64,000 nucleotides of DNA from an uncultured Gammaproteobacteria bacterium (GTDB lineage: Bacteria; Patescibacteriota; Microgenomatia; UBA8517), in NCBI GenBank assembly GCA_964617045.1, contig CAZTVZ010000001.1, forward strand, positions 24,521 through 88,520, in the 5' to 3' direction. A program made the position numbers and the translations under genes. Shown one piece after another: positions 20,162 to 29,248 of the stretch; position 1 is the stretch's first letter; each line of letters begins with the position of its first letter. Under the pieces are notes generated by a model. It worked only from the letters and a program-made list of their open reading frames with translations. It ran no database searches and was not told where the DNA came from.

Positions 20162-21355
20162 ATGAAAAACAAATTATTTTCTTCATTAATAGCTTCAATT
20201 TTTACGTTTTTACTTTCTGGTTTGATTCAACCTCTTTATGCTGCCGGTCCTGCCGACCAGTTTTGCAGAACAGGTCTTACACCAGCATGGGTAACCATAA
20301 CAAACAGGTCAGATCACCTTTGGCAAAGCTTTACCCCTGTGCAGAATAGGTTAAGCAGGGTTGTTTTGGATGTTAATGGTGACGGAATTGGACAAATTAA
20401 ACTAAAAATTTCAACATTTTTGGTATCCGAGGAAAATTCTAATGGATGGGTGCAAGAACCTAATGGTAGAGGTTATGTTGAATTCTTATTTAACGACATT
20501 GCGCTTGTTCCAGGACTTAAATATGCACTTACTCCGATTGCATCAGATAATTCAGTGTTAACGTGGAATTACAAAACGGATTGTTACAGCGACGGCGAAG
20601 GTTTTATGGGTTCAACCGCTAAAACCTACGATTATGGTTTTGAGACGTATGGATTTACGGATGAGGCATTGATTGCAACCCCAACACAGCAACCCGAACA
20701 ATCTGTCACAAGTACTCCAACCTCCGTAATTACTACAGCCCAACAAAACGTTACTGCAACAACAAGTCCTACAAGCAATTTGCCAAAAGATAATAGTTTG
20801 GTGCCACCAAAGCTGTTGTATGCGATTAAAAACTTCGAAACAGTATCTGATGTCAATGAAAGTGTGAACGTAAAGTCCGGCGATGTTATTACACTTTACG
20901 GAGAAGGAACCACGGGATCCCAAATAATGATATCGATGGGAGATTTATCAACCGTTTCCGATGTTGACAAGCAAGGAAAATGGAGCTCTCAAATAGTGGT
21001 TAACGAAAACAGTTCTGGTGATTATACGATTTTTGGTAAAACCATTAGTTTGGGCAAATCAAGTGAAGAGATAGAGCTTCTTAAGTTAAACTACGGCAGT
21101 CCTTTAATAGAAATTGCAGATGACAATAGCTTTATCGAAAAGTACGCCTTTTATGTTATGGCAACCGCATTGATACTGATAGGCATCGCTTCTTATATGC
21201 TGTGGTACTTCATTAATAAATCAAAAAAAAGTAAAACCGTTGATGTAAAAACTGAAAATACGACTGAGTCTGATAAAAATGAGGGTAGCGGTGAAAATCC
21301 TAAAGATGAAGTCGGTAACGATAAAAAAGAAGAGCAAAATGTTGAAACAAAATAA
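20162..21355 (+). CDS. Surface protein: signal peptide, beta-rich domain, Thr/Pro linker, Ig-like domain, C-terminal TM
   Basis: Sequence composition; G.G..GS.I.I and V...GKWS Ig-like pattern. Confidence 0.7.
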   Translation: MKNKLFSSLIASIFTFLLSGLIQPLYAAGPADQFCRTGLTPAWVTITNRSDHLWQSFTPVQNRLSRVVLDVNGDGIGQIKLKISTFLVSEENSNGWVQEPNGRGYVEFLFNDIALVPGLKYALTPIASDNSVLTWNYKTDCYSDGEGFMGSTAKTYDYGFETYGFTDEALIATPTQQPEQSVTSTPTSVITTAQQNVTATTSPTSNLPKDNSLVPPKLLYAIKNFETVSDVNESVNVKSGDVITLYGEGTTGSQIMISMGDLSTVSDVDKQGKWSSQIVVNENSSGDYTIFGKTISLGKSSEEIELLKLNYGSPLIEIADDNSFIEKYAFYVMATALILIGIASYMLWYFINKSKKSKTVDVKTENTTESDKNEGSGENPKDEVGNDKKEEQNVETK

Positions 21356-22400
21356 TAAAGGATCATCTTCTTTGTTGGTAATTGCAATTATTGCAGCAGT
21401 TCTTCTTGTTGCCGGCTACTTTTTAGTTACATATTTTAAAATCCCCATTCCCTTTTTGGATAAAGCGATTGACGGTCTTTCTCAAAATTCAATGCTTTGG
21501 AAAAAATATACTGATGAGAAAGCCGGATTTAGTTTTAAATATCCAAGTAATGTGACCTTGGGTGAATTAAATAGAGAGGCCGAAGGTATGACCCTATCGG
21601 TTAGTGCTCAAAAAATTGCCGATATCCCGGAAAATCTTCCTTCGTTGATGGGGAGAAAGGACGTACTTCTTGAAAAGGCAATGCTCGAGAAAGGTGACGT
21701 TGACTCTTCTGTTAAGATCGGGTCTTTGAAAGGTATAGTTCGTGATAATCTCTCCCAATTCGAAGTATGTAGTGTAATTTTAACGAGGTCTTTCACTTTT
21801 TATCCTAGTGATTACAAGGTAGTAATTACCCTGCAAGGCCCTGTCGCATCTATTATGGAAAGTATGCCTGAGTTCTTCACTGTTGATCCAAAAAATTGTG
21901 GACAAAACAAAATGTGGAATCTCGATAACAAATTGAATTTTATTCCCACTCTTGAGGCAGGAAAAGGTAACGGAATAGCTCAGCAATGGTATGACACCTT
22001 TAATGAAATCGTTAAAACAATAGAAATAAATGAAATTTCACAAAAAGATACCAACAATTTGGTGACCAGTACCCCAACTGTATTCCCAAGTAACTTGGCA
22101 ACATATAAAAACGATACCTACGATTTCGAGATAAGTTATCCGAAGGAATATGATCTTTTAACATCCAAGGATGATCTTTATGGTTATCCCAATGGAATAC
22201 TGCTTCTCTATAACGGAGGTCAAGCTTATGACGTTGTTGTCGAAGTTTGGAATACCAAAGAAGAGATTGAGAATGCATACTCCTTTATGATGCAAAACGT
22301 TACTATCTACGAGGTCAACGGTAAATTTATTTCGTTACTAATAAATAGCGATAACGCTGAGACTCAAGCAATCAAAAATAGTTTCAAGATTAATAATTAA
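21339..22400 (+). CDS. Exported protein with pilin-like N-terminus and two Y....F...YP (PsbP-like) modules
   Basis: KG-hydrophobic N-terminus; repeated WKKYTDEKAGFSFKYP / LATYKNDTYDFEISYP. Confidence 0.65.
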   Translation: MLKQNNKGSSSLLVIAIIAAVLLVAGYFLVTYFKIPIPFLDKAIDGLSQNSMLWKKYTDEKAGFSFKYPSNVTLGELNREAEGMTLSVSAQKIADIPENLPSLMGRKDVLLEKAMLEKGDVDSSVKIGSLKGIVRDNLSQFEVCSVILTRSFTFYPSDYKVVITLQGPVASIMESMPEFFTVDPKNCGQNKMWNLDNKLNFIPTLEAGKGNGIAQQWYDTFNEIVKTIEINEISQKDTNNLVTSTPTVFPSNLATYKNDTYDFEISYPKEYDLLTSKDDLYGYPNGILLLYNGGQAYDVVVEVWNTKEEIENAYSFMMQNVTIYEVNGKFISLLINSDNAETQAIKNSFKINN

Positions 22401-23038
22401 TCGACTATCTCGTCGTAGAAAGCGTAAAGTATTAGTGTTCCGAAAACGGTGAAACCTCCAACTAAGGCAAAAAGAAAATCAAATCCGTAGTGCTCTGCAA
22501 TAATTGCTCCCAAACCTGCCGAGACCGCAGCTCCGAGCTCTGTGGGGGTCGTATGTAAACTCCAGACAAAAGACTCTTTTCCTTTCTCCATATTTCGGGT
22601 AAAAAGACCCATCCAAGCGGGATACATCATAGCCGAACCGATGGCGAATATAAATGAAATTATATATATATGAACTGGAGTCGATGCAAATATGTATGCA
22701 AAAATACACGCAGCTTCAATCAATGAACCGCTAAAGACCAGCCAAAAATCAATTTTTTCTCCTTTTGTTCTGTCAATCAATATTCCAATTGGTATTTGTA
22801 AAATAGATTTAACTAAAAGATATATTGTTTCGGCTATTCCAACGACAATTAGCGACCCTCCGATGATATTGTCGGTCAAAAATACGGCAAAAATAGGGGA
22901 CATTAGACCGTAAGCCGATAAAATAATTACGTCAGATATGACAAGGGTCCTCAGGATCTTGTTGATCTTGAAGTATCGTTTTAAGCCTCTCGACAGTCGT
23001 CTGGCCTCAGAATGTAGAAATGCAAACTTTTCCGACAT
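22397..23038 (-). CDS. Half-size (6-TM) MFS-type transporter
   Basis: MFS motif A-like G.LIDR; six hydrophobic segments. Confidence 0.75.
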   Translation of the reverse strand: MSEKFAFLHSEARRLSRGLKRYFKINKILRTLVISDVIILSAYGLMSPIFAVFLTDNIIGGSLIVVGIAETIYLLVKSILQIPIGILIDRTKGEKIDFWLVFSGSLIEAACIFAYIFASTPVHIYIISFIFAIGSAMMYPAWMGLFTRNMEKGKESFVWSLHTTPTELGAAVSAGLGAIIAEHYGFDFLFALVGGFTVFGTLILYAFYDEIVD

Positions 23039-23152
23039 CGTTTTCTCCCTGGGATAAACGGAAGTATAACACGGGCAGTAAGCTCAAAATAACCCCCATT
23101 TTCTTTATTCTGATTTTACCGGCTATTTGGTAACATTAAAGAAGCGTAAAAA

Positions 23153-24115
23153 ATGTTACAACACATCGTCATATACATACTTTCATTTGTAGGAATTTGG
23201 ATAGGATCTGGGCTCATTGTTAAAGCTGTAGAAAGAATTTCAAGCTCTCTAAAAACATCGTCTTTTATGGTTTCATTTTTACTTCTTGGTTTTTTTACTT
23301 CAATAAGCGAACTCTCGGTCGGAGTGAACTCAATAATTATTAACGATCCGGAAATATTTGTAGGCAACCTTATTGGAGCATCATTGGTTCTTTTTATGTT
23401 AATAATCCCTCTTTTGGCAATTCTCGGTAATTCAATACATATAACACCGGAATTAAGAGGGTTTAATCTTCCCGCATCGCTTATTGTAGTTGCTTTGCCA
23501 GTTATTCTTGCGATAGACGGTGAGATCACAAAACTTGATAGCTATATTTCACTTGCAGCCTTCGCTTTCCTGATGATTAGTATCCAATCGAGAAAGGGAA
23601 TTCTGGACAAAATAAAGGATATGAATTCCAAAGCTACATTCAAGTTTGGCAAAGAAGTGATCAAAATAATTATCGGAGTAGCTGTAATTTTTATTGCAAG
23701 TCGTTTTGTTGTTGAGCAAACGATATTTTTTTCCGAATATCTTGGCGTATCCCCCTTTTTGGTCAGTTTATTATTGGTTGCAATCGGAACAAACGTACCT
23801 GAGTTATCTATTGCCGTTCGATCATTGTTTATGAGAAACCATCAAGTGGCATTTGGGGACTATGTAGGGTCAGCAGTTTTTAATACCTTTCTTCTTGGTG
23901 TTCTTACTCTAATTTACGGTGGTACAGTATCTCTCACCAACAGCTACGTAGTTAGCTTGCTGTTTTTAATTGTCGGCTTGCTTGCCTTTTATTATTTTGC
24001 TAAAACTAAAAATACAATATCAAGATTGGAAGCTGTGGTTCTTTTTGTTATATATATAATGTTTATAGTCACAGAGATACTGCTTCATAAAAGCTTGTTA
24101 TTTTGGATACAGTAA
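23153..24115 (+). CDS. Ca2+/Na+ antiporter (CaCA family)
   Basis: Alpha repeats TSISEL..GNLIGAS and GTNVPEL..GDYVGS.VFN. Confidence 0.88.
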   Translation: MLQHIVIYILSFVGIWIGSGLIVKAVERISSSLKTSSFMVSFLLLGFFTSISELSVGVNSIIINDPEIFVGNLIGASLVLFMLIIPLLAILGNSIHITPELRGFNLPASLIVVALPVILAIDGEITKLDSYISLAAFAFLMISIQSRKGILDKIKDMNSKATFKFGKEVIKIIIGVAVIFIASRFVVEQTIFFSEYLGVSPFLVSLLLVAIGTNVPELSIAVRSLFMRNHQVAFGDYVGSAVFNTFLLGVLTLIYGGTVSLTNSYVVSLLFLIVGLLAFYYFAKTKNTISRLEAVVLFVIYIMFIVTEILLHKSLLFWIQ

Positions 24116-25774
24116 ATGGACAACATAATTACACAACTGGCAATTATTTTAACTACATCTTCGCTTTTGGGATTAATTGCGTTTAAGTTAAAGCTTCCTC
24201 TTATTGTTTCCTACATGCTTACTGGAATTGTAATTTCTATCGTTAGCGTATTTGATGTATCAAATTCATTAGTTCTTCACAATCTTCCGGAATTGGGAAT
24301 TGCCTTTGTCCTATTCCTTATTGGAATGGAGCTGGATCTGAGGGAGATTAAAGTGTTGGGGCTACCGATTATTGTTTCTGCGTTAGGTCAAATTCTTATA
24401 ACAACCGGTGTCGGGTTTTATATTTCAACACTGCTTGGATTTAATACTGTCGAAAGCTTGTTCCTGGGATTAGGCTTAGGATTTTCGTCAACCGTTGTCG
24501 TTGTCAAAATGCTCATCGAAAAGCAGGATCTTACTTCTTTATATGGGAAATTGTCTATCGGCATACTTCTTGTTGAGGATTTGATTGCGGTTATTGCCTT
24601 AATGGTTATTTCTATTAGCAGTTCTGCTTTAAATGTAGGGCTTCAAAATAGTTTCCCAGTTATCGCTCTGGTTTTAAAAGCAATTGGTCTTTTTGTTCTT
24701 ACATTTATCTTATCGAAATATGTTCTACAAAAATTATTTTCGTTTGCGGCCAAGTCAGTGGAACTTCTTTTCTTTACTGCTATTACTTGGTGTTTTGCAT
24801 TTACCGCTCTTGCCATGATGGTTGGTTTTTCGGTGGAGATAGGAGCATTTCTGGCAGGAGTTGCACTTGCCTCGTCACCGTATAGATTGCAAATTCAAAG
24901 CAAGATTAAACCTTTGAGGGATTTTTTCCTCACGTTGTTCTTTATCTATCTTGGTTCGCAAGTAAAAGTGAATTATTTGTTAAATGTACTTCCGATAATA
25001 ATAATCTTCACATTAGTTGCACTTATTTTAAAACCTATTGTGTATATGTTTATTTTACGTTTCTTCGGATTTAGGAAACATACAATCTTTCAGACCGCAC
25101 TAAATCTTTCTCAGATATCTGAATTCTCATTGATTGTTTTGATGTTGGGTGTCAGTGTGGGAATAGTTGGGCAAACATCATTGTCAATAATGGCAACGGT
25201 GACTGTGCTTTCAATCGTATTTTCTTCAATTTCAATACAACTATCAAAAAGAATGTACAGGTTATTTGTTCCTTTGATTAATATAATGAAGAGTAGGGGA
25301 AAGGTTCACTTTTTAGAATCCAACGCGGGAACGGATCTTAATGAACACATCATCATTGTTGGAGCCCATCGCGTAGGTGGACCGGTTGTTAAATATTTAA
25401 TGAAAGCAAAAATACCCTTTCTCGTTATGGACTTCGACCCGTATGTTGTGAGGGATTTGAGGGAAAAAGACATAAACGCATTTTATGGAGATATTGGAGA
25501 CCCTGATGTTTTGGAAAGTCTGCATATCGAAAAAGCCAAATTGATTATTTCGACAGCTGCTTCGATGGACGACAATGAACTCTTGCTTGAAGAATGCAAA
25601 AAAAGAAAGTCCCAAGCAGTAACAATTATTAGAGCCGAAGATAAATCTCACGGTACTGCCCTAAAAGCATTGGGTGCAGATTACATATTGCTTCCCGAAA
25701 AAGTAACTGGACTTCATTTGGCAAACCAGATTAAACACCATTGGCCAAGAACTCAATTTGCGGGGTTAGATTAA
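24116..25774 (+). CDS. CPA2/Kef-type cation:proton antiporter with TrkA-N domain
   Basis: LFLIGMELD, SSTVVVVK, LLVEDL, SEFSL motifs; C-terminal GAHRVG Rossmann. Confidence 0.9.
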   Translation: MDNIITQLAIILTTSSLLGLIAFKLKLPLIVSYMLTGIVISIVSVFDVSNSLVLHNLPELGIAFVLFLIGMELDLREIKVLGLPIIVSALGQILITTGVGFYISTLLGFNTVESLFLGLGLGFSSTVVVVKMLIEKQDLTSLYGKLSIGILLVEDLIAVIALMVISISSSALNVGLQNSFPVIALVLKAIGLFVLTFILSKYVLQKLFSFAAKSVELLFFTAITWCFAFTALAMMVGFSVEIGAFLAGVALASSPYRLQIQSKIKPLRDFFLTLFFIYLGSQVKVNYLLNVLPIIIIFTLVALILKPIVYMFILRFFGFRKHTIFQTALNLSQISEFSLIVLMLGVSVGIVGQTSLSIMATVTVLSIVFSSISIQLSKRMYRLFVPLINIMKSRGKVHFLESNAGTDLNEHIIIVGAHRVGGPVVKYLMKAKIPFLVMDFDPYVVRDLREKDINAFYGDIGDPDVLESLHIEKAKLIISTAASMDDNELLLEECKKRKSQAVTIIRAEDKSHGTALKALGADYILLPEKVTGLHLANQIKHHWPRTQFAGLD

Positions 25775-25800
25775 AACTTCAAACAATACGAAGAAAAAAA

Positions 25801-25873
25801 GGAGCGGGATACGGGAGTCGAACCCGTCTTCTCAGCTTGGAAAGCTGATGTTGAGCCGATCAACTAATCCCGC
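25801..25873 (-). tRNA. tRNA-Gly(TCC)
   Basis: Cloverleaf, anticodon TCC. Confidence 0.93.
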
Positions 25874-25916
25874 GGAACGTCTTTGATTATAGCAAACTGG
25901 GCCCACCAAGTGAAGT

Positions 25917-26981
25917 CTAAAGCCCGTATCTGGCCACAGCTGAGCAGATAATGGTTTGCAAAAGCTGATCGTATTCAATTCCGGCTGTTCTGGCTGCCAA
26001 GGGAAGATAGCTGGTCTTGGATATTTCCGGAGGAATGAGTCCGGGTGGAGTATTTACTTCCAATACATATAGATTGCCAACTTCGTCACATCTGGTGTCC
26101 ATTCTGCAAAGATCTTTAATTTCAAGTGCGTTCCATACATTAATTGCTGTATCTTCAATTGTTTTTTTGAGTTCCGGATCGACATTTGCCGGACACATCA
26201 AATGACCTTCAACTTCTTCTTCGTACAACCATTTAACCTCCAATGAATCGATGGGCGCATATCCTGATGGAAGTTTTTTTAGATTCGGTTCGATGATGGG
26301 AAGAATCGTGGGTGGGTTTCCTATCATTGCAACGGAAAACTCCCTGCCGGTCAATAATGGTTCGACAATTGCATGATCTTTAAAGTTTGTTATTACTTCG
26401 TTAAGTTGTACACGCAACTCTTTTTCGTTGTTAACAACACTTTTGTTGGTAATACCCGCAGATGAACCTTGTCCTATCGGTTTGACAATAAGAGGATAGT
26501 GCAGTTTGGGGTCTAGTGGTTCATTGGGATCAACAAATATTTGATCGGGTAGGACAGGAATACCATGTTTTCTCATCTCAATTTTTGCATTACCTTTATT
26601 TCTTACGAGTACTTGGGTTCTATCGGATGAACCTGTATGGGGAATGCCATGTTTTTCGCATATCGAGGTTATCTGAGTCTTTCTTCCGTTTTCCAAAACA
26701 ACTTCCGAATAGTTAAAAACAAGTGCAATCGAATCTTTGTTTTCCACAAGTGTTTTCTCAAAATTTTGATCAGCCTCTATAGGGAGAATGTCAAAACCGG
26801 CCGAAACAAGATGTTTTTTAAATGCCTCAATGGTTTCAGGATCGTCGTAATCAGTTTCCAAAAAAGTTCTTGGATCATTTGGGTCCGGATAGCTGTGTCT
26901 GACGTTGTAGGCAAAAGCAAGTTTTTTGTCTGCTTCTTTAAAGGAGAGAAGGCATTTAGAAAAATTATTTTCCATTAACAT
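25917..26981 (-). CDS. D-Ala-D-Ala ligase-like ATP-grasp protein
   Basis: PLIVKP..QGSS.GI, GREF, R.D.R, LEVNT.PG motifs. Confidence 0.82.
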   Translation of the reverse strand: MLMENNFSKCLLSFKEADKKLAFAYNVRHSYPDPNDPRTFLETDYDDPETIEAFKKHLVSAGFDILPIEADQNFEKTLVENKDSIALVFNYSEVVLENGRKTQITSICEKHGIPHTGSSDRTQVLVRNKGNAKIEMRKHGIPVLPDQIFVDPNEPLDPKLHYPLIVKPIGQGSSAGITNKSVVNNEKELRVQLNEVITNFKDHAIVEPLLTGREFSVAMIGNPPTILPIIEPNLKKLPSGYAPIDSLEVKWLYEEEVEGHLMCPANVDPELKKTIEDTAINVWNALEIKDLCRMDTRCDEVGNLYVLEVNTPPGLIPPEISKTSYLPLAARTAGIEYDQLLQTIICSAVARYGL

Positions 26982-27023
26982 CCATTTTTAAATATATGGA
27001 AAATATGTCAAGTAGAAAATGAG

Positions 27024-27096
27024 TCGGAGTGCCCGGATTCGAACCGGGGACCTCCGCGTCCCAAACGCGGCGCTCTACCAACTGAGCCACACTCCG
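27024..27096 (-). tRNA. tRNA-Pro(TGG)
   Basis: Cloverleaf, anticodon TGG. Confidence 0.95.
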
Positions 27097-27101
27097 TAAT
27101 G

Positions 27102-27186
27102 TGCCGAGGGTGGGACTCGAACCCACACGTCGCTAATGCAACACAGGATTTTAAGTCCTGAGCGTCTGCCATTCCGCCACCCCGGC
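27102..27186 (-). tRNA. tRNA-Leu(TAA)
   Basis: Cloverleaf with long variable arm, anticodon TAA. Confidence 0.95.
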
Positions 27187-27273
27187 AAATATTCAATCTC
27201 TAATTTTACATTTTTTGGCCTGATTTGACAAAGCGTGAAAATATCTCTAATTTCTAATTAATACAGTAGGGAG

Positions 27274-27648
27274 GTGATTAGATTGAAAAAACTAAAAAAT
27301 ATATTAATTTACACGATACATAATTCAATATTTTTGTATTTTTCTTACATTTTCTTTCCGTCAAAATTTGTTCTTGGTAATGCAAAATTGTCATTTTGGG
27401 CGGCCGTATTCGTATCGGGATTTGTCTGGACATTAATCTTAAAAAGACTTCTTCTTACCATTCAAACAAGAAGTCGTTTTGTCAGATTTGTCTTAAGCTG
27501 GATATTTAACTTTGTTGCCTTATGGATAGTTGCCAGAATAGCCCCTTATTCGGGATTTGGCGTTGTTAAATTTACCTGGTTAATTGGTCTTGCCTTTATA
27601 GCAAATATTGTTCAACAAAACTTTTACGAAGAAAACGTAGGAAAGTGA
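27274..27648 (+). CDS. Hypothetical 4-TM membrane protein
   Basis: Hydrophobic ORF; GTG start after GGGAG. Confidence 0.7.
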   Translation: MIRLKKLKNILIYTIHNSIFLYFSYIFFPSKFVLGNAKLSFWAAVFVSGFVWTLILKRLLLTIQTRSRFVRFVLSWIFNFVALWIVARIAPYSGFGVVKFTWLIGLAFIANIVQQNFYEENVGK

Positions 27649-27717
27649 GCCTGGAAGGATTCGAACCTTCAACCTCTTCCTTAAGAGGGAATTGCTCTAC
27701 CGTTGAGCTACAGGCCC
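27646..27717 (-). tRNA. tRNA-Lys(CTT)
   Basis: Cloverleaf, anticodon CTT; overlaps stop codons of both flanking CDS. Confidence 0.93.
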
Positions 27718-29108
27718 AGGAAGGACCTTATTTTATCAAATATCCACTCAACTTTCATTTCTACGGTTTTGAGGGTATTTAGTTTGACTTCTATTGGCTG
27801 GGTTAAATCTTCACCCTTTTTGTATACGGTAAATGAATAGTAATCGCTTTCCTTGTTACCGGGTATTACAAGTGAATATGATATTGCTCCGGTAGAAAAA
27901 GGTTTTAGTTCATCAAAAGAAGAACCTGTTTTTAATGAATAAAATTCATCCAACGGCCTTAGTGCAATATCTTTACTGGATATAATCGATTGACCGATAT
28001 TCTCAATTATTAAAATACCTGTATATTTCCCGTCGTTATTCGGGAAAGGGAATACATAATTTGATCTTACTTTAAGACTTTCAATAATCCTGGGTTGTCC
28101 TTCAATCTTTGAAAGAGATCGTACTTTTTCGTAATAGCTGTAAAAACCAAACTCGTTCTTCCAGGAAAAGACATCAAACGGTTCATGGGTGTAATTGAGT
28201 AGAAAAGGAGTAATTACAACAATATCGGGATCAATCCAAACTTTAGTAAAAGCGTCAATATAATTGTTTGCAATTTGCTCCTCGGACAAAAGCCTTGTGT
28301 TTTTTGTTGTTTTTTTATCGTATTTAGCCCATCCTGTTTCGGTAATAAATATCGGATAATTTTTGACTATTCCTAAAGATTTTAAATAACCTTGTTCCCA
28401 TTTGTAACCTTCGATACTTCTTTTCCCCATGTCAAATACATTTCCTGTAAAGTCAGGGTTTGGGTAGGAATGTGATGTCCATCCGTCAATTGAGTTGAAG
28501 AATTCCGGACTGGATGAATGAATTCTTCTCAAAAATATTTCGGCATCCATTGTTTGAAGGGTATTGCCGGCAGATAGATCCAGTCCAGCAGGCAAGACAA
28601 AAAAATCGGTATTAGCAGTCTTTAATTTTTTTGAAAACGTAACCAAGTAATCAGCATATTCTTCAGGTGAAATGGAGTTGCCCCATTCTTTCGCGTGATT
28701 TGGCTCGTTACCGACAATAATATATCTGTTTTCCGTAACCCAATTTAGAGAGTTCAAAAAACTTACCCAATGATCTATCTCTGTAACATTTGGTTTTTCC
28801 CAATAGTCCTTATTTGGTTGAGTAGCAATCCTTACAAGAGGAATTAAATGCATTTGCCTTAATTCATCGAAAATATATTGCCAATAATCTTTGTTTCTGT
28901 CACCGCTTTGAATAACAAACGTAACATAACCCCAATCTCCTCCGGAAGAATTAACCAAAGTTTGGGCATCTCTAAGATCATTCATTGAGGCAACATGGAT
29001 TCCATATTTATTGTTAGGCTGTTCAAGAGGATTGTTGATTGCCTGAATAATCGAATTATTAAACAGGAAAAGTATTGCTGCAAGCAATACTCCAAAGAAT
29101 GTCTTCAT
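27708..29108 (-). CDS. Secreted clan GH-A glycoside hydrolase-like protein
   Basis: Signal peptide; acid/base GNEPN, HSYP and nucleophile ITETGW. Confidence 0.8.
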   Translation of the reverse strand: MKTFFGVLLAAILFLFNNSIIQAINNPLEQPNNKYGIHVASMNDLRDAQTLVNSSGGDWGYVTFVIQSGDRNKDYWQYIFDELRQMHLIPLVRIATQPNKDYWEKPNVTEIDHWVSFLNSLNWVTENRYIIVGNEPNHAKEWGNSISPEEYADYLVTFSKKLKTANTDFFVLPAGLDLSAGNTLQTMDAEIFLRRIHSSSPEFFNSIDGWTSHSYPNPDFTGNVFDMGKRSIEGYKWEQGYLKSLGIVKNYPIFITETGWAKYDKKTTKNTRLLSEEQIANNYIDAFTKVWIDPDIVVITPFLLNYTHEPFDVFSWKNEFGFYSYYEKVRSLSKIEGQPRIIESLKVRSNYVFPFPNNDGKYTGILIIENIGQSIISSKDIALRPLDEFYSLKTGSSFDELKPFSTGAISYSLVIPGNKESDYYSFTVYKKGEDLTQPIEVKLNTLKTVEMKVEWIFDKIRSFLGL

Positions 29109-29130
29109 AACCAATTCTAACAAATGAATG

Positions 29131-29202
29131 TGCGCCTGGGGGGAATCGAACCCTCATCCTCGGTTCCGAAGACCGATGCTCTATCCGTTGAGCTACAGGC
29201 GC
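29131..29202 (-). tRNA. tRNA-Arg(TCG)
   Basis: Cloverleaf, anticodon TCG, A20. Confidence 0.93.
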
Positions 29203-29248
29203 ATAACTTTAGACTTTATGCCTAAAGCACTGTAAAATTATACAACAA

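Noticed and set aside
19987-25873. tRNA-His to tRNA-Gly interval as an integrated island
   Set aside because: No integrase and no duplicated tRNA 3' end (att site) was seen.
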